Origin: Halarcobacter sp. | GTDB taxonomy: Bacteria; Campylobacterota; Campylobacteria; Campylobacterales; Arcobacteraceae | Reading direction: 5' to 3' | DNA length: 64,000 nt | Assembly (NCBI GenBank): GCA_050296315.1 | Contig: JBNKRE010000006.1 | Location: forward strand, 89,760-153,759 | Shown: positions 37,265-47,268 of the stretch, piece by piece | Layout: each line of letters begins with the position of its first letter | How positions within the stretch are numbered: position 1 is the stretch's first letter | Translations under genes and position numbers: made by a program | Notes under the pieces: model-generated | The model's database searches: none | Seen by the model: only the letters and a program-made list of their open reading frames with translations | Told to the model about the DNA's origin: nothing

Positions 37265-38516
37265 TAATTGGCAAACTAGAGCAATTTTTGAGTTTGCAGA
37301 TGTAATATCAGGGGGAACACCATCTACAACAGTTAAAAATTATTGGGATGGAGATATAGTCTGGGTAACACCTGCTGATTTAAGTAAAATAGATAAAGCT
37401 TTTTTATATACAAGCAATAAAAAAATTACAAAAGATGGATTATTAAACTCTTCTGCAAATATAATTCCTAAAAATAGTATTGTTATGTCATCCAGAGCAC
37501 CTATTGGCTATTTTGCAGTTTCACAAGTTGATTTTTCTACAAATCAAGGCTGTAAAAGTATTTATTTGAAAAAAGGACATTCATCTTTATTTCATTATTA
37601 TAATTTTAAATTCAATGTTAATAAATTTAAAAGTAAAGGAGAAGGGACAACATTTGCTGAAATCTCTAAAAAAGAGATTGAAAAATTAGAATTTTCTTTT
37701 CCTCAATTGTTAGAACAAAAAAAAATAGCAAAAATACTTTCCACTTGTGATAGTGTGATAGAAAAAACAAAAGAAGCTATAAAAAAATACCAAGCTATAA
37801 AAGCTGGGATGACGGATGACCTTTTTACCAGAGGAATAGACCCAGTGAGTAAAAAACTTCGTCCGAGCTATAAAGATGCCCCAGAGCTTTATAAAAAAAG
37901 TGAATTAGGGATGATTCCTAAAGATTGGGATGTGGATTGTTTAGATAATATTACTATAAAAATAGGAGATGGAATTCACACTACTCCAAAATATACAGAA
38001 GGAACAGAATACTTTTTTATAAATGGTAATAATTTGAAAAATGGAAAGATTATTTTCTCAAAATCAACTAACAATGTTAGTCAAGATGAATATAAAAGGT
38101 TTTATAAAGACTTATCTTTGAATACTATTTTATATTCAATTAATGGTACTATTGGAAATATTGCATTTTATAATGGCGAGTTTGTGATACTAGGAAAAAG
38201 TACAGCATATATAAGCTTTAAAAATTTGGATTTAATGAATTATATTTATTATTTAATACAAACTCATTATATTAATAAATTCTATTCATTAGAATTAACA
38301 GGTTCAACAATCAAAAATCTATCTTTAGCAGTAATAAGAAAAACACCAATTATATTACCCAAAAAAGAGGAATATATAGAAATAACAAATAAATTAAATA
38401 CAATATACAAAAAAATCCAAACAGAACAAAACACCCTAAAAAAATATGAGCAGATAAAAAAAGGTCTGATGGATGACCTACTTACAGGTAAAAAAGAGGT
38501 AAAAGTAAAGGAGTAA
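37257..38516 (+). CDS. hsdS: Type I R-M specificity subunit
   Basis: Two TRDs separated by EQKKIAKIL...[10 protein letters not shown]; C-terminal [11 protein letters not shown]. Confidence 0.95.
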   Translation: MSNNWQTRAIFEFADVISGGTPSTTVKNYWDGDIVWVTPADLSKIDKAFLYTSNKKITKDGLLNSSANIIPKNSIVMSSRAPIGYFAVSQVDFSTNQGCKSIYLKKGHSSLFHYYNFKFNVNKFKSKGEGTTFAEISKKEIEKLEFSFPQLLEQKKIAKILSTCDSVIEKTKEAIKKYQAIKAGMTDDLFTRGIDPVSKKLRPSYKDAPELYKKSELGMIPKDWDVDCLDNITIKIGDGIHTTPKYTEGTEYFFINGNNLKNGKIIFSKSTNNVSQDEYKRFYKDLSLNTILYSINGTIGNIAFYNGEFVILGKSTAYISFKNLDLMNYIYYLIQTHYINKFYSLELTGSTIKNLSLAVIRKTPIILPKKEEYIEITNKLNTIYKKIQTEQNTLKKYEQIKKGLMDDLLTGKKEVKVKE

Positions 38517-38520
38517 AGCT

Positions 38521-41500
38521 ATGGCAGAGTATTTAAATGTAGAGAAGCCTTTTTTAGATAGATTAGAGCAGATTGGTTGGAGTGTGATAAACCATGGAGC
38601 AAGTGGTATTCCAAGTGACCCAGCTATCTCAAAACGCTCTAACTTTAAAGAGGTGACTCTAAAACAAAACTTTATGGATGCCATATATCATATAAACCAA
38701 GTAGATGGAAAGTCTTGGCTTACTCCTAAACAACTTGAACATATCTACGATGAGCTTATCTCAGTAGAGCGTTCAAACCAAGCACTACTTGAAGCAAACA
38801 AAGAAATTTTTGAAAGACTTATAGGAGCTATAAAAACCACAGTAGATAAAAATAAACTCACAGGTGAAGATGAGCCTACTGTAAAGCTTATAGATTTTGA
38901 AGAGTTTTCAAACAATGACTTCACAGCCATAAATCAGTTTCGTGTAGATACTCCCCATGGAGCAAGGAAATCTATCATTCCAGATATTGTACTTTTTGTA
39001 AATGGTTTGCCTTTTTGTGTGATAGAGTGTAAAGATGTAGATGTTAGTGACCCACTCTCAGAGGGTATAAATCAAATACAAAGATATGCAAATACTAGAG
39101 AAGATGACTTTGGTATAAAAGAGGGTGAAGAGAGACTATTTTACTACAATCTTTTTAGTATAGCAACCCATGGACAAGAGGCTAGGTTTGGTACTATTAC
39201 TGGAGATTTTGAGTACTACTTAAACTGGAAAGATATCTTTCCTCTTATCTATAAAACCTTTGATATTACAAACTATAGTGATGAAGAGAGAAAAAGATAT
39301 AGTATCAATGATTTACATGTAAATGAACCAAAAGTAAGACAAGAGGTGACTATACATGGAATGTTAAATCATGAGATACTTATAGATGTACTAAAACACT
39401 TCACACTATTTAAAACTTTTGACAATGGTGGTACGGCAAAGATAGTTTGTAGGTATCAGCAGTATAGAGCAGTAGGCAAGATAATAGAGCGTATAAGAAA
39501 CGGTGAAGATAGCAAAACAAAAAGTGGAGTAGTATGGCACACTCAAGGGAGTGGTAAGTCGCTTACTATGATATTTTTTGTAAGAAAACTAAGAAGCCAA
39601 AAAGATTTAAAAGATTATAAAGTTATCATAAGTGTAGATAGGACAGATTTAGAAGACCAGCTTAGTGATGATGCAAAGCTTACAGGTGAGTTTAAAGAGA
39701 AAAATGTAGTAAATAGTAGAAAAGAGCTTTATACTAAGCTAGACAATGACTCGTCTGATTTAAATATGGTGATGATTCACAAGTTTGTACAAGAGGAGCT
39801 AAAGCACTCAAAAACTTTGATGAAACTCTATGAAGAAAAAGGGGAAGTACCTGAGTTTAAAAAGTTTGAGAAAGTAAACGATTCTGATAGGATAGTGATA
39901 CTTATAGATGAAGCCCACAGAACTCAAGGTGGAGAGATGGGTGATAATATGTTTAGTGCTTTTCCTCAAGCTTCAAGAATAGCTTTTACAGGTACACCAC
40001 TTCTTACAAAAAGACACAAGCAAAAGACCCATGAGAGATTTGGGGATAATAAAGAGTTTATTGATACTTATAAGATAAAAGAGGCAGTAAGAGATAGAGC
40101 AACGCTTGATATAATCTATCAAGGGAAAACAAGCGATGATAATATCAAATCAAAAGAGGCTTTTGACAGGGAGTTTGAAGATGTATTTAAACAAAGATCA
40201 AAAGATGAAAAAGAGGAGATAAAAAAACGCTACGGTACTATGATAGCTTATCTTGAAAATATGGATAGGCTTAGAAAGATTGCTCGTGATATGGCAAACC
40301 ACTACATAGATGAGATACTACCAAATGGATATAAAGCTATGGTAGTAGCTAGCTCTATTGTAGCAGCTGCTAGATATGAGTATTTACTTTTAGAAGCTAT
40401 AAAAGAAAGACTTGAACTAGAAAAAAGTAAAGATGAAAAAGATGAAGAACTTATAAAACAAATAGAGTTTCTAGATGCTTGTACAGTTGTAACAAAACAA
40501 GATAATAACGAAGAGGGCTATATAAGTGTAGCTAGAACAAAAGCCAAAGATAAAAAAGCTGTGGATAACTTTAAAAAAGATTTTGACTATGCTAAGCCTG
40601 AGACAGGCGTAGCATTTTTATGTGTATGTGATAGACTTCTTACAGGATTTGATGCGCCTATTGCACAAGTGATGTATCTAGATAAAAATATAAGAGAACA
40701 TGACTTGCTTCAAGCAATAGCTAGGGTAAACAGAACAAAAGGTATAAAAGAGCACGGTATCTTGGTGGATTATTTTGGAGTATCAAATAATCTAAAAGAG
40801 GCTTTAAATATATGGGGTGCAGAGGATGAAGATGATATCAAAGAGTTGCTTGAATACTTTAAAGATATAAATAAAGAGATACCAGTACTACAAGCAAGAT
40901 ATAACAGACTTCTTCAACTTTTTGAAGACAAAGGGATAAAAGAGTTTAAAAATTTTGTGGAGCAAAATATTGAAGATAAAGATAAAGAGTTTAAGGTAGC
41001 TGAATCGTGTATCGAATTGGCACAAAGTGTGCCTTTTAGAGCTGAATTTGATACATATTTAAAAGCATTTTTTGATTCACTTGATTTACTTTTTAACTCA
41101 GATGTAGCAAAAGAGTATTATATACCTGCAAAAAGATTTGGCTATCTTTTAATGAGAATAAGAAACAGATACAAAGATCAAACTATGGATTTAAAGTGGG
41201 CTAAAGCAAAGGTGAGAAAACTTATAGATAAATACCTAGAGAGTTTGGGTATAGATAGTAAAGTAGCTCCTATTAGCTTGCTTAGTGATGAGTTTTTAGG
41301 TGAGAGTAAAAAGCATAGTCATACTCCAAAAGCTCAAGCCTCAGAGATGGAACACGCTATTAGAAGACATATAAAAGTAAATATGGAAAAAGACCCAGGA
41401 TTATATAAAAGATTTTTAAATAGGATGGAAGATATCCTAAAAAGATATAAAGAGAACTGGGAAACTATAATCTCAGAATTTATAAAACTAAGAGATGATT

Positions 41501-41850
41501 TATCAAAAGGTAGAGAAAATGAAAATGAAGAGAAAGGATTAGATACACAAGAGTTGCCATTTTTTGATTTGATAATAGATGAGATTTACCAAGATAAAAG
41601 TATAGATGAAGATGAAAAAGAAGCAGTGAAGTCTTTAACTATTGAGATAGTAGAACTTTTACAAGATGCTATAAATAAACCAAACTTTTGGAAAGAGAAA
41701 GAATCTCAAAGAAAAGAGCTTCAAGGTAAGCTAGACGATATACTTTTATTTACAGAGATAGAAGCAATAAGTGATAAATATGAAAAACTTAGCGTGGAGA
41801 TTATGGCACTTGCAAAGATAAGACATCAAGAACTTACAGGTGAGATATGA
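38521..41850 (+). CDS. hsdR: Type I R-M restriction subunit
   Basis: PDIVLFVNGLPFCVIECK nuclease, HTQGSGKS Walker A, DEAHR, FTGTP, LLTGFDAP, QAIARVNR. Confidence 0.96.
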   Translation: MAEYLNVEKPFLDRLEQIGWSVINHGASGIPSDPAISKRSNFKEVTLKQNFMDAIYHINQVDGKSWLTPKQLEHIYDELISVERSNQALLEANKEIFERLIGAIKTTVDKNKLTGEDEPTVKLIDFEEFSNNDFTAINQFRVDTPHGARKSIIPDIVLFVNGLPFCVIECKDVDVSDPLSEGINQIQRYANTREDDFGIKEGEERLFYYNLFSIATHGQEARFGTITGDFEYYLNWKDIFPLIYKTFDITNYSDEERKRYSINDLHVNEPKVRQEVTIHGMLNHEILIDVLKHFTLFKTFDNGGTAKIVCRYQQYRAVGKIIERIRNGEDSKTKSGVVWHTQGSGKSLTMIFFVRKLRSQKDLKDYKVIISVDRTDLEDQLSDDAKLTGEFKEKNVVNSRKELYTKLDNDSSDLNMVMIHKFVQEELKHSKTLMKLYEEKGEVPEFKKFEKVNDSDRIVILIDEAHRTQGGEMGDNMFSAFPQASRIAFTGTPLLTKRHKQKTHERFGDNKEFIDTYKIKEAVRDRATLDIIYQGKTSDDNIKSKEAFDREFEDVFKQRSKDEKEEIKKRYGTMIAYLENMDRLRKIARDMANHYIDEILPNGYKAMVVASSIVAAARYEYLLLEAIKERLELEKSKDEKDEELIKQIEFLDACTVVTKQDNNEEGYISVARTKAKDKKAVDNFKKDFDYAKPETGVAFLCVCDRLLTGFDAPIAQVMYLDKNIREHDLLQAIARVNRTKGIKEHGILVDYFGVSNNLKEALNIWGAEDEDDIKELLEYFKDINKEIPVLQARYNRLLQLFEDKGIKEFKNFVEQNIEDKDKEFKVAESCIELAQSVPFRAEFDTYLKAFFDSLDLLFNSDVAKEYYIPAKRFGYLLMRIRNRYKDQTMDLKWAKAKVRKLIDKYLESLGIDSKVAPISLLSDEFLGESKKHSHTPKAQASEMEHAIRRHIKVNMEKDPGLYKRFLNRMEDILKRYKENWETIISEFIKLRDDLSKGRENENEEKGLDTQELPFFDLIIDEIYQDKSIDEDEKEAVKSLTIEIVELLQDAINKPNFWKEKESQRKELQGKLDDILLFTEIEAISDKYEKLSVEIMALAKIRHQELTGEI

Positions 41851-42527
41851 GAATACATAACTTAGATATTGATATAAAAAGAAGTAGTAGAAAAACTGTT
41901 AGTATTTTTATAGAACGAGATGGTAGTGTATCTGCTCGTATACCAAAAGATTTAAATGATGAACAACTAAGTGAAGTGATAAAAGCAAAAGAGTATCAGA
42001 TACATAAAAATCTAGCCCAATGGAAACAGCTTAATGAGACTAAAATAGAGCGTGAATATGTAAATGGGCAATCTTTTTTATATCTAGGAAGAAACTATCG
42101 TTTAAAACTTGAGAATGAAAACTATAAGGGTATAAAACTAAAAAATGGATACTTTTTACTCTCAAAAGATAATAAACAAAAAGCAAAAGAGTATTTTATA
42201 GAGTTTTACAAAGCAAAACTACAAGAAAAAATCTTACCCTTAGTAGAACAGTATAAAAATCAACTAGGTGTAAAACCAAATGATATAAAAGTGATGGAGC
42301 TTCAACATCGTTGGGCATCATGTAGTGAAAAAGGAAATCTAAATTTTCACTGGAAGTGTGCTATGGCTCCAATAGATACTTTAAAATATATAGTAATCCA
42401 TGAACTTGTACATTTAATCCATCCAAATCATACTACAGCTTTTTGGAATGATGTGGATAAATTGGTACCTGATTATGAAAGACAGGTTAAGTGGCTTGAA
42501 CTTAATGGTGCAGGGATGGATTTATAA
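41847..42527 (+). CDS. YgjP/DUF45-like (M48/SprT-type) zinc metallohydrolase
   Basis: RWASCS, LNFHW, YIVIHELVHLIHPNHTTAFW; overlaps hsdR stop (ATGA). Confidence 0.88.
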   Translation: MRIHNLDIDIKRSSRKTVSIFIERDGSVSARIPKDLNDEQLSEVIKAKEYQIHKNLAQWKQLNETKIEREYVNGQSFLYLGRNYRLKLENENYKGIKLKNGYFLLSKDNKQKAKEYFIEFYKAKLQEKILPLVEQYKNQLGVKPNDIKVMELQHRWASCSEKGNLNFHWKCAMAPIDTLKYIVIHELVHLIHPNHTTAFWNDVDKLVPDYERQVKWLELNGAGMDL

Positions 42528-42735
42528 ATTTATTAAAAAATAAGACTTAATGGCAACTTTTAAATAACTTTTTCCACAACCTCTTATATTTGGAACACAA
42601 AATACTAAAATAAGTTTTGGGTGTTCCACAAAGTGTTCAAAAAATAAAAACTACAAAGCTCCACAAACTTTAAGGGATTATGGAATAAATAATAAGTTTA
42701 AAGCTTCAACCAATCCTCCTTATTTCTAACACTGC

Positions 42736-44724
42736 CTAGATTTTATATACTCTAACAGCACTATGATTATAATCTGGTTCAAAAGATTCTGGATCTAATA
42801 AATCATTTGTTAGATAATTTATATCCCTATTACTAACAGGGACAAAAATAGTATTTTCTTTTATATCTGGTGTGATGAGTGCTTTTGAAAAAATCTCTCC
42901 TCTTATTGATGAGATTTTTATTTCATCCCCATCTAAGATACCAAGTTCTAAAGCATTTACTGGATTTATCTCACAAAAGTTTAACTCTTTGTATTTTAGT
43001 AAAGTTTTTGGAAGATTTGTTTTTGTTCCTGTGTGCCATTGGTCTCTTGTTCGTCCTGTTAATAGGATAAATGGATACTCTTTTGAGGTTTTTTCACTTA
43101 AGTTTTTATTTTCTACAAAAAATAAATTTGCTTTTTTGTTTTCTGTTAGGAATTCACCCTTTTCGTAGATATCTTCACCCCAAATATATGGGTTTTCTTT
43201 TATTTGTTCATATGAGGTTTTATGTATATCCATATGATTATTTAGTTTTGTCATTTGTTGAAACTCTTCAAAAATTTGTTTAGGGTTTTCATAATTGAAG
43301 GCAAATTTATAACCTAACTCTTGGGCTAATAATTGGAAAATCTCCCAATCTGCTTTACAATCTATTGATGTTCTTGTTAGTTTCTCTTGTTTTGTAATTG
43401 TTCTATCAAGGTTTGTTTGAGTTCCCTCTTTTTCTCCCCAAGGAGCAGCTGGTAGTCTTATATGTGCAAATGGTGCTGTTTCTGAGTTTTCGTAGGCATT
43501 TATCTCAACTACCATTGGTATTTTTTTAAGAAGTTCTTCTGTTTTATTTCTATTTGGAAGATGATAAACTGGGTCTGTATGACATATTATAAGAACATCA
43601 AGGTTAGCTTCTAACATTTGTGTTGCTGTAAGTCCTGGTTTATTATCTATTTTATTTGTATTCCAAAATTTTGAAACCTTTTCAATCGATTTTTTATCAA
43701 AACCTAGATGCACTGCCAGCATTGTTGAAAGTCCACCAACCTCTCTTCCTCCCATTGCATTTGGTTGTCCTGTTAGGGAAAATGGTCCATTTCCTCTTTT
43801 AAAGATTTTCCCTGTTAGAAGGTGTATATTTATTAGTGATAAGTTTTTATCAACTCCTTGAACCGATTGGTTTAATCCCATAGTCCAAGCTGTTATAATA
43901 TTTGGTGAGTTTTTAAATAGTTGCCAAAACTCTTCAAACTGTTCTTTTGAAAAACCTGTTCTTTTTAACATTTTAGTTACAGGTACTCTTTTTAATTTAT
44001 TTTTCAACAATTCAAAGTTATTTACATGGTTTTGTACAAAATCATGGTTTACTAAATCCTCATCTATAATTCTTTTTGCTAAAAGATTAAAAAAGTCTAT
44101 ATCTGCTCCTGGTTTTATAGGAAGATGCAAATCAGCCGCTTTTGCAGTATCTGTAAATCTTGGATCAATTACTACTATTTTCAAACCATTTTTTTTTGCT
44201 CTTTTTATTTTATTGTGAAATACAACATGTGCTTCTGCTGTATTTGCCCCAACTAATATAAGTAAATCAGAGTGATTAATATCATCCATTCTTACAGGTA
44301 CATAATCCGCTCCAAAAGCTTTTTTATGAGCCACAACTGCACTTGACATACACGTTCTACTATTTGTATCTACATTATTAGTTCCTAAAAAACCTTTCCC
44401 AAGTTTATTAGCAATATAATAATCTTCTGTTAATAATTGTCCTGATAGATAAAATCCAATTTTATCACTTGGGGTCTGTTTTAATCTATTTGCAATAGTT
44501 TCTATAGCTTTTTGCCAATCAGTTATTTTATATTCATTATTTATATTATTTCTAATATGTGGTCGTAGAAGTCTAGATGGAGTTTGAATACTTATTAGTT
44601 CAGAAACCCCTTTTGAACAAACCTTACCTTCATTTATAGGATAAGCAACATCACCAAGAAGTTTTTCCTTATCAAACTCTAAACCACATCCGACACCACA
44701 GTATCCACAAACAGACTTTATCAT
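42736..44724 (-). CDS. nasA: Assimilatory nitrate reductase catalytic subunit
   Basis: CGYCGVGC, CSKG, DTNSRTCMSSA, GQPNAMGGREVG, TGRTRDQWHTGT; no Tat signal. Confidence 0.92.
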   Translation of the reverse strand: MIKSVCGYCGVGCGLEFDKEKLLGDVAYPINEGKVCSKGVSELISIQTPSRLLRPHIRNNINNEYKITDWQKAIETIANRLKQTPSDKIGFYLSGQLLTEDYYIANKLGKGFLGTNNVDTNSRTCMSSAVVAHKKAFGADYVPVRMDDINHSDLLILVGANTAEAHVVFHNKIKRAKKNGLKIVVIDPRFTDTAKAADLHLPIKPGADIDFFNLLAKRIIDEDLVNHDFVQNHVNNFELLKNKLKRVPVTKMLKRTGFSKEQFEEFWQLFKNSPNIITAWTMGLNQSVQGVDKNLSLINIHLLTGKIFKRGNGPFSLTGQPNAMGGREVGGLSTMLAVHLGFDKKSIEKVSKFWNTNKIDNKPGLTATQMLEANLDVLIICHTDPVYHLPNRNKTEELLKKIPMVVEINAYENSETAPFAHIRLPAAPWGEKEGTQTNLDRTITKQEKLTRTSIDCKADWEIFQLLAQELGYKFAFNYENPKQIFEEFQQMTKLNNHMDIHKTSYEQIKENPYIWGEDIYEKGEFLTENKKANLFFVENKNLSEKTSKEYPFILLTGRTRDQWHTGTKTNLPKTLLKYKELNFCEINPVNALELGILDGDEIKISSIRGEIFSKALITPDIKENTIFVPVSNRDINYLTNDLLDPESFEPDYNHSAVRVYKI

Positions 44725-44842
44725 CTATTAATCCTTACTTTTTCCCACTTTTTTTATTTACAATTATAAAGTTTGGAATTATATCATTTATATTTTATAT
44801 ACTGTATTATAGAATATAATTTATGTAAAATTAAGATTATAA

Positions 44843-44859
44843 TGTATATAAAATAAACA
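44843..44859. promoter_or_regulatory. 17-bp operator centred between divergent nasA and nrtA promoters
   Basis: TGTATATAAAATAAACA; TATAAT (minus, 44806-44811) and TACAAT (plus, 44891-44896) each 31 nt away. Confidence 0.72.
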
Positions 44860-44938
44860 ATAAGTTGAATAATTTATATTTTTTTCATGTTACAATGCTA
44901 ATATCAACAAAACTTAAAGGTGAAATTAAGGAGAATAA

Positions 44939-46321
44939 ATGTTAAAACAGGTTTTAAAAATTGGTTTAGGTGTATCAGTTGTAGCTTCTACATTATTAGC
45001 AGCTCCAGAAAAAACGAAATTAAAAATAGGTTTCATTGCATTAACAGACTGTGCCCCATTGGTTATTGCAAAAGAGAAAGGTTTTTTTAAAGCTGAAGGT
45101 TTAGATGTTCATGTTGCAAAAGAGGGTGGTGGTTGGCCAGGGATTCAACAAAAAGTTATTTCTGGTGAATATGATTTCTCTCATGCTCTTGCAGGTATGC
45201 CAATTGCAGCAACTTTAGGGATAAATGGTGATGCACATTTACAAGCACTTTTATCATTAGATTTTAATGGTAATGCTATCACTTATGGTAATTATATTAT
45301 AGGTGAAATGGAAAAATATGGATTAGATAAAACAAAAAGACCTGTTAGTGCAGATAGTTTAAAAAAATATATAGATGCAAAACATAAAGCAGAAGGAAAC
45401 AATTATCAACCTCTTAATTTTGGTATGGTTCACCCCGTTTCAACTCACAACTATGAGTTAAGATATTGGATGGCAGGTTCTGGTATTCAACCAGATGAGG
45501 ATACGACTATCAAACCTTTCCCTCCACCAACAATGCCACAAAACTTAATTGCTGGAAATATTGAAGGTTACTGTGTTGGTGAACCTTGGAATTCAAGAAT
45601 TGTACTTAAAGGTGCTGGAAGTGCCCTTGTAACAAATTATGATATTTGGAATAACAATCCTGAAAAAGTTTTACAAGCAAGAGCAGATTTTGTAAAAAAA
45701 TATCCTGAAACAACAAAAGCTGTTATGAGAGCAGTTATAAAAGCTCAAATGTGGTTAGATGAATCTTGGGAAAATAGAGAAGAAGCAATTAAATACTTAG
45801 CAAAAAGAAATTATGTAAACGCTCCTGTAAATGTTTTAAGAAAATCTATGTCGGGAACTTTCCTTTATAATAAAGGTGTAGATTCTGAAAATCCTATGTT
45901 TAATGTGTTCGCAAACTATTATGCTTCGTATCCATTTTATTCTCATGGTATGTGGTTTATAACTCAAATGTATAGATGGGGACAATTGACACAACCAGTT
46001 GATATGAAAGCAACTATTGAAAAAGTTTATAGACCTGATTTATTTAGTGAAGTTGCAAAAGAGGTTGGATATGAACTTCCACCAAGTGCTTGGAAAATTG
46101 ATGGTATAGATAAATACAATAAATTTATTGATGGAAAAGTATGGGATCCAAACAAAGCAGTTGAGTATATCTATGATACATTTAATGTTACACACCCCGT
46201 AGTAAAAAAAGAGGATTTATCAAAAGTAAACACTTGGAAAGTTGAAACAAAACAACCTTCTTATGTATGTCCATATGGACCAGCAGGTTGTGCAGACGAA
46301 AAGTTTGTAACAAAAAAATAA
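44939..46321 (+). CDS. nrtA: Nitrate ABC transporter substrate-binding protein (NrtA/CmpA family)
   Basis: [43 protein letters not shown]. Confidence 0.93.
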   Translation: MLKQVLKIGLGVSVVASTLLAAPEKTKLKIGFIALTDCAPLVIAKEKGFFKAEGLDVHVAKEGGGWPGIQQKVISGEYDFSHALAGMPIAATLGINGDAHLQALLSLDFNGNAITYGNYIIGEMEKYGLDKTKRPVSADSLKKYIDAKHKAEGNNYQPLNFGMVHPVSTHNYELRYWMAGSGIQPDEDTTIKPFPPPTMPQNLIAGNIEGYCVGEPWNSRIVLKGAGSALVTNYDIWNNNPEKVLQARADFVKKYPETTKAVMRAVIKAQMWLDESWENREEAIKYLAKRNYVNAPVNVLRKSMSGTFLYNKGVDSENPMFNVFANYYASYPFYSHGMWFITQMYRWGQLTQPVDMKATIEKVYRPDLFSEVAKEVGYELPPSAWKIDGIDKYNKFIDGKVWDPNKAVEYIYDTFNVTHPVVKKEDLSKVNTWKVETKQPSYVCPYGPAGCADEKFVTKK

Positions 46322-46342
46322 AAAGATAAAAGCCTAAGGGCT

Positions 46343-46422
46343 TTGTCTTTTAATATGCTTAGTTTGAAGTTTTATCTTCTTTCTTCTTTGTGTATCTATC
46401 AACTAAGCATATTAAAGGACAA
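46343..46422 (+). other. Long intergenic stem-loop (22-bp stem, 36-nt pyrimidine-rich loop)
   Basis: TTGTCTTTTAATATGCTTAGTT / AACTAAGCATATTAAAGGACAA (one G-U). Confidence 0.75.
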
Positions 46423-46448
46423 GTCTTAATTAGTAAAAAAGGAAAGTA

Positions 46449-47258
46449 ATGAATAAAGAAACATTAAAGAAAATAGTTTTGCCTTTTATCGTATTAGCTA
46501 TTTTGATTCAAGTTTGGTCAACTATTGCCTTATATATTCCAGGTTTTCCAACACCTGCTGATACTTATGTGCATGCTTTTGGCGGTATTACAAGTGATGG
46601 AGATGAATTGACAGGTGTCTTAAGTGACCCATTTTATGTAGAGAATCAAGATGATAAAGGTCTTTTTTGGCAATTGTTAGAATCTTTAAAAAGAGTTTTT
46701 GCAGGATTTATATTAGCAGCAATTGTAGGTATCCCTTTAGGTTTAGCAATAGGTATGAGTAAATCAATTCAATATGCTTTTGATCCATTTATACAAATTT
46801 TTAAACCAGTGTCTCCACTAGCTTGGTTACCACTTTTACTTTTTGCTTTTAAAGATATTGATAATACTGCAATGTCAACAATCTTTGTAACGTCAATCTG
46901 GCCTATTATTATTAATACATCATTAGGTGTTAAAAATGTAAGTGAAGATTATATGAATGTTGCAAAGGTATTACGATTTACGCCAATAGAAAAAATAACA
47001 AAAATTATTTTGCCTGTAGCAGTTCCTTATATATTTACTGGGATGAGATTATCTTTAGGAATAGCTTGGCTTGTGATTGTAGCAGCTGAGATGCTTACAG
47101 GAGGTATTGGTATTGGATTTTGGATTTGGGATGAGTATAACAATCTTGCTTACCATAACATTATTATCGGTATTATTATTGTTGGTGTGGTTGGATTTAT
47201 CCTTGATATCTTAATGGGTAAATTAGCAGATTTCTTTGATTATAGAAAAAAAATGTAA
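46449..47258 (+). CDS. nrtB: Nitrate ABC transporter permease
   Basis: SLKRVFAGF, PVSPLAWLP, GMRLSLGIAWLVIVAAEM. Confidence 0.94.
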   Translation: MNKETLKKIVLPFIVLAILIQVWSTIALYIPGFPTPADTYVHAFGGITSDGDELTGVLSDPFYVENQDDKGLFWQLLESLKRVFAGFILAAIVGIPLGLAIGMSKSIQYAFDPFIQIFKPVSPLAWLPLLLFAFKDIDNTAMSTIFVTSIWPIIINTSLGVKNVSEDYMNVAKVLRFTPIEKITKIILPVAVPYIFTGMRLSLGIAWLVIVAAEMLTGGIGIGFWIWDEYNNLAYHNIIIGIIIVGVVGFILDILMGKLADFFDYRKKM

Positions 47259-47268
47259 AGGCTGAAAT

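Noticed and set aside
37717-37725. A9 tract in hsdS as a phase-variation switch
   Set aside because: Poly-A runs are common in this AT-rich DNA, the frame is intact, and I saw no long poly-G/C tracts anywhere in the window
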